Below are positions 47,562 through 58,078 of a DNA stretch of 64,000 nucleotides, in pieces (position 1 is the stretch's first letter; the number at the start of each line of letters is the position of its first letter). The notes under the pieces are model-generated. The model ran no database searches and was not told the origin of the DNA. It was given only the letters and a program-made list of their open reading frames with translations. Source of the stretch: Candidatus Magasanikiibacteriota bacterium. Its GTDB lineage: Bacteria > Patescibacteriota > Patescibacteriia > Magasanikbacterales > UBA922. A program made the position numbers and the translations under genes. The DNA lies in assembly GCA_018651085.1 (NCBI GenBank), contig JABIEQ010000014.1:97807-161806 (forward strand). The letters are read 5' to 3'.

Positions 47562-48704
47562 TTAATCAATCCAAGAAGAAATAACACCTAATTGATGTTC
47601 CCAACGAAATTGTGCAGACATACGTTCTTTTGCTTGTTCACCAAGTTTTTTGGCATAAGTAGGGTCCTTAAGAATCTTAACAATAGTGTCAGCAATAACA
47701 GCATCCCCATCCTGACGAACATCCACCATAAGACCAGTTTGCGTATGCAACACAGCTTCTTCCACTCCCCCACTTTTTCCAGCAACAACAGGAATACCAG
47801 CAGCGGCAGCTTCTAAAAATACCAAACCAAGCCCTTCTTCTTGTCCTTCATCTGGATGTGTAAGCAAAGTAAATAAATCAGCAAGATAATAATACGGAAC
47901 TAATTGCTCATGTGGGACTTCACCAATAAAACGAACAACATTTTGTAAATGATGTTCACGAATCAATTCAAGGATATAGGCTTGTTTTTCCCCAGAACCA
48001 ATAATACACCACACAAGATCTGGCACTTCTTTTACAACACGTGAAAGGACTCGTACAAGATGAGGAAACCCTTTGCCATCAACAAGTCGAGAAACAGAAA
48101 GCATAACCCGCTTACCAACAAGAGCATATTGAGCTCGTAAATCATTCAACATCTGATCTTCAGGTTTACTAAAAAACATTGCATCAGGGCAAGGGTACAG
48201 CACTTGAGATTTGTTCTCAAATTGTGGGAACACTCGTAAAAATCGTTTCTTCAATGACTCACTATTAAAAATCATTTGCTCACTCTTTTCAACAGCAACA
48301 CGCATCATCCGACGTTTCCATGTATTTTTAGTGCCTAACAGTACATCTGTTCCATGAGAAAAAACAAGGTAAGGGACCTTTAGTGCTCGTTTAAGCATTC
48401 TGGCAACATACCCAACAGGAAGAACATGATGAACAAGAACAAGATTAATCTGATACTCTTTAATTAATTTTCTTGCTGTAAAAAATAATGGAAACCAGCG
48501 TGGCCAAATAAACTTTGGAGATAATTGTTTTTTTCTCACAATAGTATACGGTTGTTTATCGTCCCATGCTTTTGTACCTTCAGCTATAGGCGCATAGACG
48601 ATGATATCTTTGGCAGATAATGCTCCTGCGAATTGATGAATATAGTTAGCCACACCACCAACATCAGGATAATAATCAAGGGTGATAAGTAAAATCCGTT
48701 TCAT
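47562..48704 (-). CDS. Glycosyltransferase family 4
   Basis: GGVA, SRL-x2-GKG, EGLGLVFLEA. Confidence 0.95.
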   Translation of the reverse strand: MKRILLITLDYYPDVGGVANYIHQFAGALSAKDIIVYAPIAEGTKAWDDKQPYTIVRKKQLSPKFIWPRWFPLFFTARKLIKEYQINLVLVHHVLPVGYVARMLKRALKVPYLVFSHGTDVLLGTKNTWKRRMMRVAVEKSEQMIFNSESLKKRFLRVFPQFENKSQVLYPCPDAMFFSKPEDQMLNDLRAQYALVGKRVMLSVSRLVDGKGFPHLVRVLSRVVKEVPDLVWCIIGSGEKQAYILELIREHHLQNVVRFIGEVPHEQLVPYYYLADLFTLLTHPDEGQEEGLGLVFLEAAAAGIPVVAGKSGGVEEAVLHTQTGLMVDVRQDGDAVIADTIVKILKDPTYAKKLGEQAKERMSAQFRWEHQLGVISSWID

Positions 48705-48711
48705 ATAATAA

Positions 48712-50142
48712 TTATCGTTTTAAAAGAAGAACAGCTTCACGAAGTTGAGAAATAGTAATTGATCGAGTCATAAATAGCATTATCGGGTAAATCAACACAC
48801 CAAAGGCAATTGCCACTAAAAAATAGACATATTGATTTATATACCACACCAATAATCCCATGACCACGCCAGAAAACCCCACACGAAGGATGACTGAGAT
48901 GATATACCGATATGATACCACAATAACTTGCGGAACAAACCACCACCCTAAGCAAACCAATAACACATCACTTATAAGCGCTGCACTTGCCGCCCCTACC
49001 ACGCCATACCGAGGAAGAAGAAAAATATTACAACAAATATTTACAACCATAACTACCCCGAAGATACTGGTTTGCGTTACTTGTCTATCACAAGCATTTA
49101 AAAACGCTCCAACAAGGAAACTAATAAATGAAAATGTTAAACCGGTAATTAAAATTTGAAGTGGTAACACTGATGGCAAAAACGTCTCAGTGTATACTTC
49201 TAATACAATGTCATTTGCTAAAACAGCAATACCGATAGAAATGGGTATAGCCACAATAAAAAGATATGTAAATGATCGTTCAAATAGATGCTTAAGTTTA
49301 TCTTTTTGATATAAAAAACATTCACTAAACCGTGGGTACAACGCAGCAATAAGAGCAAATGGTAAAAACTGAAATGCAAATGTTATTTTATACGCAATTG
49401 CATACCAACCAGCAGCTTCTGTTGAAATAAATTTGGGAAGAAGTAATGTGTCGATATATGCATACACTCTAGCAAAAATGGCCGCTAACGCAAATGGTGC
49501 AGCAATCTTTATAAGAGATTTAAAAATAACTGGATCATACGAAAATATAACTTTAACGCCATACCGAAGAAAAAGAATGAGACTCACATACAACACATTA
49601 AGTGCACTAGGAATAGTAAACGCAAGAATAAGCCATACCATTGGCCAACCTAAATACAATGCGAGCCCCCCTATAATAAGGGTAATAACTTGGCTTACAA
49701 CAATACCAATTGCTTCAAAAGATAATGTCTTATACACACGAAGGACACCGTATAAAGATAGATGAAAAGAATCAAAAAGCATGGTAATACCAGAAATATA
49801 TACCAACTTTTTAATCAACGGATCATAATCAAATACATTCACGACAACAACAAGAGTAATATAACTTAATAATCCAAATATAATTTTAACAGAAAGAACT
49901 GTCGACAAGTATGATTGAATCTTATCGCGATATTTTGCAGCTTCACGAATTAAAACATTACTAAGCCCAAGATCAACAAACACCACAAATACTACAGTAA
50001 AAGCAAGAGCCGTGGTATATATACCAAGTTGGGTATCCCCTAAAAATCTCGCAATAATGGTAAAATAAATAAACGAGACAATCTTTTGTCCCACAGAGGC
50101 AAGCGTCATGAACGCAGTATTTTTTGCAACAGAAGTCGACAT
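48712..50142 (-). CDS. wzx: Wzx-type polysaccharide flippase
   Basis: Many TM helices; ARFLG-x3-LG-x-Y, DLGL, AGWY-x2-AYK, YGVVGAA. Confidence 0.9.
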   Translation of the reverse strand: MSTSVAKNTAFMTLASVGQKIVSFIYFTIIARFLGDTQLGIYTTALAFTVVFVVFVDLGLSNVLIREAAKYRDKIQSYLSTVLSVKIIFGLLSYITLVVVVNVFDYDPLIKKLVYISGITMLFDSFHLSLYGVLRVYKTLSFEAIGIVVSQVITLIIGGLALYLGWPMVWLILAFTIPSALNVLYVSLILFLRYGVKVIFSYDPVIFKSLIKIAAPFALAAIFARVYAYIDTLLLPKFISTEAAGWYAIAYKITFAFQFLPFALIAALYPRFSECFLYQKDKLKHLFERSFTYLFIVAIPISIGIAVLANDIVLEVYTETFLPSVLPLQILITGLTFSFISFLVGAFLNACDRQVTQTSIFGVVMVVNICCNIFLLPRYGVVGAASAALISDVLLVCLGWWFVPQVIVVSYRYIISVILRVGFSGVVMGLLVWYINQYVYFLVAIAFGVLIYPIMLFMTRSITISQLREAVLLLKR

Positions 50143-50167
50143 ATATACTTTATAGTGTACCAGAAAA

Positions 50168-50191
50168 CAAAAAACCCGCAATCGCGGGTTT
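50168..50191 (-). terminator. Terminator after rpsI
   Basis: aaacccgc-gatt-gcgggttttt on minus. Confidence 0.8.
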
Positions 50192-50205
50192 CGATAATAT
50201 ACTGT

Positions 50206-50607
50206 TTAACGCTTTCTCCACTGTGTTCGTTTTCGCGCTTTCTTCAAACCATACTTCTTTCGTTCAGATGATCGTGAATCACGAGACAAAAATCCTTCTG
50301 CCTTAAGTAGTGGTTTTAATGCTTCGTCCCATTTCACAAGTCCACGAGCAATACCATGACGAACAGCTTCTGCTTGTGAGTTTACTCCCCCACCAGCAAC
50401 TTTCACAGATACGTCCATTGAATCAACTCTGTTTGTTACACGAAGTGGATCAAGAACTTTTTGTTGAGAAAGTGGCATTGGAAAATAATCTGTAAGCGCT
50501 TTACCGTTCACAATAATTTCTCCTTTTCCAGGAGTAATACGAACACGTGCTGACGAAGTTTTTCGTCGCCCTACTGATCGTTGCATTGTTTCATCTTTTT
50601 TAGCCAT
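50206..50607 (-). CDS. rpsI: 30S ribosomal protein S9
   Basis: GRRKTSSARV, GGG, ERKKYG. Confidence 0.97.
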   Translation of the reverse strand: MAKKDETMQRSVGRRKTSSARVRITPGKGEIIVNGKALTDYFPMPLSQQKVLDPLRVTNRVDSMDVSVKVAGGGVNSQAEAVRHGIARGLVKWDEALKPLLKAEGFLSRDSRSSERKKYGLKKARKRTQWRKR

Positions 50608-50623
50608 ATATATCAAAAGTACG

Positions 50624-50980
50624 TTATACGTTAACGGTAAGCCGCTTCATCATTTCATTACGAAGTCTATTTTTTGGAAGCATACCATACACAGCACGAC
50701 GGATAACTTCACCAGGACTTTCATCAAATACTTTCTTCATTGGTGTTCGTTTCAATCCACCAGGATATTGTGAATGATGAAAATAATCCTTTTGTACAAG
50801 TTTTTTACCAGTAAATTTCAATTGCTCAGCATTAATTACTGTCACAAAATCTCCAGCATCAATATGTGGGGCAAATGTAGGTTTATTTTTTCCACGTAAA
50901 AGCATGGCAATTTGAGTTGCAATTCGTCCAGGAGATTTCCCTGCGGCATCAATAGTATGTATTTCTCGTGTTGCATCCAT
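50624..50980 (-). CDS. rplM: 50S ribosomal protein L13
   Basis: GRIA, LRGKNKP, GDFV, GMLPKN. Confidence 0.97.
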   Translation of the reverse strand: MDATREIHTIDAAGKSPGRIATQIAMLLRGKNKPTFAPHIDAGDFVTVINAEQLKFTGKKLVQKDYFHHSQYPGGLKRTPMKKVFDESPGEVIRRAVYGMLPKNRLRNEMMKRLTVNV

Positions 50981-50981
50981 A

Positions 50982-51332
50982 TTATACAAGTTCAATTCGT
51001 GCTATTGGTGATCCATCACTTTGACGAAAACCAAGCTTAATAATACGTGTGTATCCGCCAGCACGATCTTTGTACCGTGGCGCAATATCATCCATAAGCA
51101 TATTAAGTACTTTATCTGTATAAAGAACTTTAATAAGCTGACGTCTATTTGCTAGAGTACCAGTTTTTGCTTTTGTAATAAGTGGTTCAACAAATGGACG
51201 AAGTGCCTTCGCTTTTGCAAGAGTCGTTTCAATACCACCGTGCAAAATAAGACTTTCAGCTAAACTTCGCATCAACGCTATTCGTTGTGCTTTAACTCGT
51301 CCTAATGTTTTTCCTTTCTTTTTATGACGCAT
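50982..51332 (-). CDS. rplQ: 50S ribosomal protein L17
   Basis: MRH, TTLAKAK, GGYTRI. Confidence 0.98.
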   Translation of the reverse strand: MRHKKKGKTLGRVKAQRIALMRSLAESLILHGGIETTLAKAKALRPFVEPLITKAKTGTLANRRQLIKVLYTDKVLNMLMDDIAPRYKDRAGGYTRIIKLGFRQSDGSPIARIELV

Positions 51333-51345
51333 ACACTATTATTTC

Positions 51346-52086
51346 TTATGCTTCTTCCGGCTCTGTTGCTGGAGCTTCTTTTGAAGAAGGCATTTCACCA
51401 CTTGCTCCCAAAACGAGCGTAAAGTGATCCATTAAAATTGTTGTAGCTTTTGCTACTGCTTCTTGCGCATTAATCGTACCGTTTGTTTCAATAGTAATCG
51501 TAAGTTTCTCGTAATCAGTAACATCACCTACACGAGTATTCTCTACACCATATCCAATATTTCTTACTGGAGTATAAAGTGAGTCAATAGCAATAGTTCC
51601 AAGATCCATTCCTTTTGTTTCTTTTTCAGAAACAGGAACATATCCTCGCCCTTTTTTCACCGTAATATCCATTGATAATGTTTTACTTGCATCAGTAAGT
51701 GTTGCAAGAACAAGCTCTGGATTTACAATTTCTACATCACTATTTTTTTCAAAATCTCCTGCAGTAACAGGTCCTTTTCCTTTTTTATTTAAAGAAAGAG
51801 TAATAGGTTCGTCAGAAAAACAACGAACAGCAACCAATTTAGCATTCAAAATAATTTCAATCACGTCTTCTTTCACACCTTCAATAGCAGAAAATTCATG
51901 CTGAACACCGTCAATCTTAATAGAGTCAATTGCGGCACCAGGAAGAGATGATAAAAGAACTCTTCGAAGCGCATTCCCAATCGTTGTTCCATATCCTTTG
52001 TGACATGGAGTAACAACAAGTTTACCGACATTTGGTTTGTCAGTCTCCTCGAAAGCAACGGTTGTTGGCAATAAAATTTGCTCCAT
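51346..52086 (-). CDS. rpoA: RNA polymerase alpha (N-terminal domain only)
   Basis: GYG-x-TIGNALRRVLLS, HEFS, GRGY; ends at 246 aa. Confidence 0.96.
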   Translation of the reverse strand: MEQILLPTTVAFEETDKPNVGKLVVTPCHKGYGTTIGNALRRVLLSSLPGAAIDSIKIDGVQHEFSAIEGVKEDVIEIILNAKLVAVRCFSDEPITLSLNKKGKGPVTAGDFEKNSDVEIVNPELVLATLTDASKTLSMDITVKKGRGYVPVSEKETKGMDLGTIAIDSLYTPVRNIGYGVENTRVGDVTDYEKLTITIETNGTINAQEAVAKATTILMDHFTLVLGASGEMPSSKEAPATEPEEA

Positions 52087-52145
52087 ACAAGAAAATGATT
52101 ATGCAATAATATCCGTCAGTGTGACAGGCAGATACTACTGATAAA

Positions 52146-52769
52146 TTAGCGTGTTGAGTAGTACTCAATGATGAGTTTTACATCAAATGTTTTTTCAAAA
52201 TTTTCCTCTAACGGGGTGTTCAACACTTTTCCTGTTTGCGCTTTCGCGTCAACAGAAAGCCATCCAGGAACTTCCACATGTGATAATCTTTCGGTTAACT
52301 CATGAAATACCCCTTTTTTCTTTTTATTTTCTTTTAATGCAATGACATCCCCTGTCTTTACTAAGTATGATGGAATATTCATCTTCTTTCCGTTCACCGT
52401 AAACATGTTATGGCTTACAAACTGTCTTGATTGTGCACGAGTAATCGCAAAACCGAGACGATACACAACATTATCAAGACGAGATTCAAGAATTTGGTGA
52501 AGATTCACTCCAGAATCTCCATCACGTCTATTTGCCTCTTTCATGTACCCACGAAGTTGTTTTTCACGCAATCCATAGACAAATTTCGCTTTTTGCTTTT
52601 CAGCAAGTTGACGTCCATATCCAGATAAAGACTTTCGTCGTTTAGTAGGACCATGAACACCCGGCGCTTGTTTAAGACGACGAGAAACCTTAGCTGGATT
52701 TGATTTTAACCAAAGGTTAATACCAAACCGTCTTGCAATTTTATTTTTTGGCCCAATATATCTTCCCAT
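52146..52769 (-). CDS. rpsD: 30S ribosomal protein S4
   Basis: RYIGP, EKQK, LESRLDNVVYR, IIEYYS. Confidence 0.98.
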   Translation of the reverse strand: MGRYIGPKNKIARRFGINLWLKSNPAKVSRRLKQAPGVHGPTKRRKSLSGYGRQLAEKQKAKFVYGLREKQLRGYMKEANRRDGDSGVNLHQILESRLDNVVYRLGFAITRAQSRQFVSHNMFTVNGKKMNIPSYLVKTGDVIALKENKKKKGVFHELTERLSHVEVPGWLSVDAKAQTGKVLNTPLEENFEKTFDVKLIIEYYSTR

Positions 52770-52778
52770 AAAAAATCA

Positions 52779-53180
52779 TTATACCCGTCTACGTTTTCGC
52801 GGACGACATCCATTATGAGGAATTGGAGTAACATCCTTAATAGATAATACTTGAATTCCATTTGTATTAAATGCACGAATAGCCGCTTCTCGACCACCAC
52901 CGATACCTTTTACAGATACGGTTACTTCTTTAAGCCCATGATCTTTAATAGCTTCAACAACACGTTTCACCACTTGTCCTGCAGCATACGGCGTTGCTTT
53001 TTTAGGTCCTTTAAACCCAACCATACCAGCACTTGCCCATCCAAGAACATCACCATTTTGATCAGCAACACTTACAATAGTGTTGTTAAAGGTTGCTTGA
53101 ACATAAGCACGACCATGTCCAACTTGCTTAATGATCTTTTTCTTGTTTTTATTCTTTTTTCGAACAACTTTCTTTGCCAT
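52779..53180 (-). CDS. rpsK: 30S ribosomal protein S11
   Basis: FNNT, TPYAA, DVTPIPHNGCR. Confidence 0.98.
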   Translation of the reverse strand: MAKKVVRKKNKNKKKIIKQVGHGRAYVQATFNNTIVSVADQNGDVLGWASAGMVGFKGPKKATPYAAGQVVKRVVEAIKDHGLKEVTVSVKGIGGGREAAIRAFNTNGIQVLSIKDVTPIPHNGCRPRKRRRV

Positions 53181-53196
53181 ATATCAAGAAACTAGA

Positions 53197-53589
53197 TTAT
53201 GTTTTTTGTGCAGAAGGTTTTTTCCCACTTGATGCACGGTTACGAACGTTTCCACGAGAAGTACGTGAATTTGTCTTCGTTCGTTGTCCTCTTGAAGGAA
53301 GACGACGAGTATGACGTATACCTCTATAACACTTAATATCACGAAGGCGTTTCACATTCGAAGTAATTTGACGACGAAGGTCACCTTCAGTTGTGTATTG
53401 ACTTTCAACAATGCTTCGAATCTTATCTTCTTGATCACGAGTAAGATCTTTCACTCGTGTAACCGGATCAATCTGAGCAACATTCATAATGTGCTCTGCT
53501 GATGTAGGACCGATACCATATACATAGGTAAGGGCGATAAGTAATCGTTTTTGTTTCGGTATAGTTGTTCCTGAAATACGCATAATCAA
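53197..53589 (-). CDS. rpsM: 30S ribosomal protein S13
   Basis: ALTYVYGIG, YRGIRH, RGQRTKTN. Confidence 0.98.
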   Translation of the reverse strand: MIMRISGTTIPKQKRLLIALTYVYGIGPTSAEHIMNVAQIDPVTRVKDLTRDQEDKIRSIVESQYTTEGDLRRQITSNVKRLRDIKCYRGIRHTRRLPSRGQRTKTNSRTSRGNVRNRASSGKKPSAQKT

Positions 53590-53594
53590 TAATC

Positions 53595-53735
53595 TTACGC
53601 AGCCTTTACACGCTGCTTTTTCTTTCCTTGACGTTGCTTGTGACGAGGATTTTCACATATAACATGAACAACGCCTCGACGACGAACGATTTTACATTTG
53701 TCGCATCTTTTAGATACACCAGCTTTTACTTTCAT
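53595..53735 (-). CDS. rpmJ: 50S ribosomal protein L36 (46 aa)
   Basis: MKV..C-x2-C..VIC[10 protein letters not shown]; true start at 53735. Confidence 0.95.
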   Translation of the reverse strand: MKVKAGVSKRCDKCKIVRRRGVVHVICENPRHKQRQGKKKQRVKAA

Positions 53736-53756
53736 ATACAAGGAAAAATTATCATC

Positions 53757-53831
53757 AAAAAAATACCAACCCACTGCCGCGATATCGTTGCGTCGCCTAC
53801 GAGGGTAACGCTCCACCGCAATGGTTGATAC
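53757..53831 (-). promoter_or_regulatory. Large stem-loop with U-tract between infA and rpmJ (attenuator or leader)
   Basis: gtatcaacc/ggttggtat outer stem, attgc/gcagt, gcgtt/gacgc inner stem, then a U-tract. Confidence 0.55.
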
Positions 53832-53848
53832 TCTTTATTACAATTAAA

Positions 53849-54067
53849 TCAAAATCGATAAGTAATACGTCCATTTTTCAAATCATATGGACTCAACTCT
53901 ACTTTCACTTCATCTCCTACGCTGAGCATGATTCGAAACCGACGTAACTTTCCACCTAAATAGGCAATCATTTCATGATCATTTTCAAGTCGAACACGAA
54001 ACTTTGCTCCGGGAAGCATTTCTTCAATCGTTCCACGAACTTCTAGTACGTTTGACTTTTTAGCCAT
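53849..54067 (-). CDS. infA: Translation initiation factor IF-1
   Basis: LP-x3-FRV-x-LEN, GK-x-R, SPYDL-x2-GRI-x-YR. Confidence 0.98.
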   Translation of the reverse strand: MAKKSNVLEVRGTIEEMLPGAKFRVRLENDHEMIAYLGGKLRRFRIMLSVGDEVKVELSPYDLKNGRITYRF

Positions 54068-54093
54068 GAATCTAAAACTATTAATCTGGCGCT

Positions 54094-54122
54094 ATTTTAC
54101 AAGAAATAATCATCCTTGTCAA
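54094..54122 (-). promoter_or_regulatory. sigma70 promoter of the infA-alpha operon
   Basis: TTGACA-17-TAAAAT. Confidence 0.75.
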
Positions 54123-54214
54123 GAAAGCCAGGTAAATAAACAAAATAATAAAAATTTAGCTATATACAGGTAAAAAGTATCACAACCTTATCAATCCTGA
54201 ATAGTTATACACAC

Positions 54215-54640
54215 CTACGCCGATATCTCAATCTCAGTATCTTTATACACCCAATACTTATATAAAAAGAAATTCCATGAGACCATAAGAGCAATGGTAC
54301 CAATGCGAACTAAGCGATAATCATATGAAAGAAGATCATGAAAGATGTACATGAGAAGTACGGATATTCCATAATTACAGGCAGCTAATATAAAATATCT
54401 CACCAATTGTGTATGCGGAATAGCCGTATTTCGAAAAGACCAATATTTATTAAGTGTGAAATTATACCCAAGAACAATGGATTGATTAACAATCACAGCA
54501 AAAACAGGAGTCCATCCAAATACTGTCGTAAAAAAAATAAGCGTCGAAAGATCAATAACGAGTCCAGATACTCCAACGACAACATATTTCACAAATTGAT
54601 GCCGAAGTGACCAAAAATAATCACATGTTTTACGAATCAT
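54215..54640 (-). CDS. GtrA family protein
   Basis: QFVKYVVVG, NFTLNKYWSF, WNF-x2-YKYWV. Confidence 0.9.
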   Translation of the reverse strand: MIRKTCDYFWSLRHQFVKYVVVGVSGLVIDLSTLIFFTTVFGWTPVFAVIVNQSIVLGYNFTLNKYWSFRNTAIPHTQLVRYFILAACNYGISVLLMYIFHDLLSYDYRLVRIGTIALMVSWNFFLYKYWVYKDTEIEISA

Positions 54641-54805
54641 AAAAAAAGTATAACACAGAAATAAAAAGAAAGAAAAAAGCCCTAATATAAACAATTTGTT
54701 TAAATGAATGCACTATTTACAAAAATAATTGCATAATCAACCATACCTTGTATGATACAAATGACACGAATACACACATCCATTATTATTGTCTAAGGAG
54801 GAAGT

Positions 54806-55684
54806 ATGATTACTCATCTAAGTGATTCGCTCAAAGAAAACGTCGTGGTACTCCTTGGAACAAAGGGAGCATTAAAGGCAGAAGACATTTATCAAATATT
54901 TAAACAAAACAACACCCCCACCACAATACAGGGAATATACCGTCTATTACGACAACTCCAACAATCCGGCGTCGTCATAAAAGAACAACATAGATACAGT
55001 CTACGAATATCTTGGGTAACCAATATGAGACTACTTGTAGAAAAAATGGAAAATACATATTCAGACACAAGCTATCTTGAAACATTTATCCCCACACATC
55101 GCGAAGAAAAACGTATTTGGTATTTTAATGATCCAATACGAATGATCGATTTTTGGCACCAAATCCTTATCGTTATTGCTCAATTCACTTATCCATCAAC
55201 AACGCTACACTACTACCCTCATACCTGGCCAGAATTACTTACCCCAAAAAGAACACAACAATTTTATAAAACATATCACCAGCTAGTAAATCATGTGTGC
55301 ACTGTCATTGGTGGAAGAACAACACTTGATAAATTCACACCAAGAGAAATTTCAAAAATATATAGAAAAAACCACTATTACTCCCCACCAGAAGATTACC
55401 CAGAAGAAAGTCGTTCAATGTACATTAGTGTTCTTGACGAATACATTGTAACTATGCGAATAAATAAACGCACAACAGAAATGATTGATACACTCTATCA
55501 GTCAACTGAAAGCCCGGATAAGAGTCCCCTACTTATTAAGGCTATTGCAACACAAAAAACAAAAAATAATATCACATTAAAAAGAGACCCACAAAAAGCG
55601 CGAATATATCAAAAAAAATTCACAAACCTCTTTGGGCCTCTTTATACATCACGAAAAAAATCTCAAGAAGACATTCCTGCTTGA
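54806..55684 (+). CDS. Winged-HTH protein with an uncharacterised C-terminal domain
   Basis: TIQGIYRLLRQL-x3-GVV-x-K; AAGGAGG SD. Confidence 0.65.
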   Translation: MITHLSDSLKENVVVLLGTKGALKAEDIYQIFKQNNTPTTIQGIYRLLRQLQQSGVVIKEQHRYSLRISWVTNMRLLVEKMENTYSDTSYLETFIPTHREEKRIWYFNDPIRMIDFWHQILIVIAQFTYPSTTLHYYPHTWPELLTPKRTQQFYKTYHQLVNHVCTVIGGRTTLDKFTPREISKIYRKNHYYSPPEDYPEESRSMYISVLDEYIVTMRINKRTTEMIDTLYQSTESPDKSPLLIKAIATQKTKNNITLKRDPQKARIYQKKFTNLFGPLYTSRKKSQEDIPA

Positions 55685-57300
55685 ACAAAGGCTAAAAACA
55701 ATGGATGTGGAGACAACGGACGAGATTTAAATTCTGGGTGAAATTGTACCCCTACAAAAAATGGGTGATCTTTTAGCTCAACAATTTCAACAAGATCTGA
55801 TTCTGTATTCATACCCACAATTTCTAAACCAGCGGCATGCATTGCATCTTTATAAACATTATTAAACTCATATCGATGTCGATGACGCTCTGAAATATCT
55901 TCTATTCCATAGGCTTCAAAAGATTTCGAACCTGATACAAGAGTACAATCATACGCTCCAAGACGCATAGTTGCTCCATATTTTTCTTCGCGTATATTCT
56001 TTGCTTGATTTGGATTTAAAATAATAATTGGATCAGAAGTATTAGGATCAACTTCAATCGTGTTAGCGGTGCTTTTTCCCATAATATTTCTCGCAAATTC
56101 AACACAAGCAAGTTGCATACCATAACAAAGACCAAAATATGGAACCTTATGTTCACGTGCATATGTAATTGCCATGACAATTCCTTCAATACCACGAGAT
56201 CCAAAACCACCAGGCACTAAAATAGCATCATATGCTGAAAGATTTTCAATGGATGTTGGATCTTTTTCAAAATTTTCTGAATCTACCCACTCAAGTATAG
56301 GTTTAACCCCAAGCTTCCAAGCCGCATGTTTGGCAGCCTCAATAACTGAAATATATGAGTCTGATAAGGTAAATGCACCTGTAGCAAAATATTTTCCTAC
56401 AACAGCAATCTTTATTTCTTTATCAAATGATTTAATCCGTGAAGACAAATCTCGCCATGGTTCCATGTGAGCTTCTCGTAATTCAAGACCAAGAATCTCT
56501 AATAGTTTTACATCAAGTTCTTGTTCGTGAAACAATAATGGCACATCATAAATTGAATCACAATCTGGTGCAGCGATGACAGTTCCTTCCACAAGGTTAC
56601 ACACTTCTGTCAATTTATCACGACGACGTTGATCAAGCCTTTCAGGACCACGGGCAATAATAAAATTCGCTTGAATACCAGCACCATTCAATGTACGCAC
56701 AGCATATTGCGTTGGTTTGGTTTTCATTTCTCCAATATGTGCTGGAAGTGGTAAATAACTTACTAACACAAAAGCAACATCATGAGGATACCGCACTTTC
56801 ATAATACGAGCAGCTTCAAGGAAAAGAAGTACTTGATACTCTCCTACAGTTCCACCAATTTCAATAATAGTAATATCAGCCTCCGCCTTTTCTTGAGCAA
56901 CCATGATCCGTCTAATGATTTCTTCAGGAACATGTGGAACAACCTCAACATCTTCTCCACCATATTCAAGATTTCGTTCTTTTCGGATAACTTCTTGATA
57001 TACCTGCCCGGTCGTCACATAATTCGCACCAGTCATTTTGTTACCGGTAAATCGTTCATAATTACCGAGATCTTGATCAGCCTCAATACCATCTTCTCCA
57101 ATAAATACCTCACCATGCTCAGTTGGACGCATGGTTCCAGCATCAATATTCACATACATGTCACATTTAATATTTGTAACATTGTATCCACGTGTTTTCA
57201 AAATAGCAGTGATCGAAGCAGAGGTAACACCCTTTCCAACACTACTCATCACCCCACCCACAACAAAAATGAACTTCGGCACTTGCTGATCTAAATCCAT
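55663..57300 (-). CDS. pyrG: CTP synthase
   Basis: GGVMSSVGKG, HGEVF, KTKPTQ, GLCYGMQ, QFHPEF. Confidence 0.98.
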   Translation of the reverse strand: MDLDQQVPKFIFVVGGVMSSVGKGVTSASITAILKTRGYNVTNIKCDMYVNIDAGTMRPTEHGEVFIGEDGIEADQDLGNYERFTGNKMTGANYVTTGQVYQEVIRKERNLEYGGEDVEVVPHVPEEIIRRIMVAQEKAEADITIIEIGGTVGEYQVLLFLEAARIMKVRYPHDVAFVLVSYLPLPAHIGEMKTKPTQYAVRTLNGAGIQANFIIARGPERLDQRRRDKLTEVCNLVEGTVIAAPDCDSIYDVPLLFHEQELDVKLLEILGLELREAHMEPWRDLSSRIKSFDKEIKIAVVGKYFATGAFTLSDSYISVIEAAKHAAWKLGVKPILEWVDSENFEKDPTSIENLSAYDAILVPGGFGSRGIEGIVMAITYAREHKVPYFGLCYGMQLACVEFARNIMGKSTANTIEVDPNTSDPIIILNPNQAKNIREEKYGATMRLGAYDCTLVSGSKSFEAYGIEDISERHRHRYEFNNVYKDAMHAAGLEIVGMNTESDLVEIVELKDHPFFVGVQFHPEFKSRPLSPHPLFLAFVQAGMSS

Positions 57301-57424
57301 AATAAAAAATTAGATGATAAGTGACGAAAGACAAGAATATCTCCCCTCACACACCATCTAAAATATAAAATACACGCCCAGTATAACATGATTATATCCA
57401 TAAAAAAACTCCCCAAGGGGGAGC

Positions 57425-57871
57425 TTATATTTCAGTAACAAGAACACGAATATCGGCCTCAATACCGGGTCCAAAACGAATCTTTACATGATATTCTCCA
57501 TAATCTTTAATAGCTGAAGAAATCTTGATTTGTTTTGCTAACACCTGTACATCACATTGTTTTTTTATAATTTGAGCAATCTTTTTTGCACCAAGTGCCG
57601 CATATAACCTACCAGAGGCATTCCCCTTCACCGGTATTTTTATTTCTACACCATCAAGAGTACTTATCATATTTTGAGCCTCCGAAAGTTCACGTTCTTG
57701 AAGCTTTTTTTGTTTATTGTCTTGCGCTGCGATGAGAGTAACTGAAGATTTTGTTGCTTTTTTAGCAAGTCCTTTTTTGAACAAAAAGTTACGTGCATAT
57801 CCATCAGCAACCTCTTTTATATCTCCTCTTTTACCTGTTCCTGGAACGTTTTCCAATAGAATAACTTTCAT
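57425..57871 (-). CDS. rplI: 50S ribosomal protein L9
   Basis: MKVILL, GYARNFL, GRLY. Confidence 0.96.
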   Translation of the reverse strand: MKVILLENVPGTGKRGDIKEVADGYARNFLFKKGLAKKATKSSVTLIAAQDNKQKKLQERELSEAQNMISTLDGVEIKIPVKGNASGRLYAALGAKKIAQIIKKQCDVQVLAKQIKISSAIKDYGEYHVKIRFGPGIEADIRVLVTEI

Positions 57872-58078
57872 AATACTCAATAATTTACTATATATAAGAG
57901 TATACACAATACTTGATAGAGAGACAAGAATATGCTATATTTGGAAAAGATTGATACTAATATTTGCTTAGTTATGGGATTTTTCAAACAATCACACCGA
58001 TTACCACAATCTCCCTCACTGTAAACCAACCCAGATCTGTGCACAACCACCACCAACATGTAAAAATAAATAACATAT

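Noticed and set aside
53736-53816. N-terminal extension of L36 in the ORF track
   Set aside because: It overlaps the intergenic hairpin; the canonical MKV start is at 53735
57950-58075. C/A-rich stretch before era as a small ORF or repeat
   Set aside because: No convincing start and frame on either strand; probably the era 5' leader downstream of TTGATA-17-TATATT at 57913-57941
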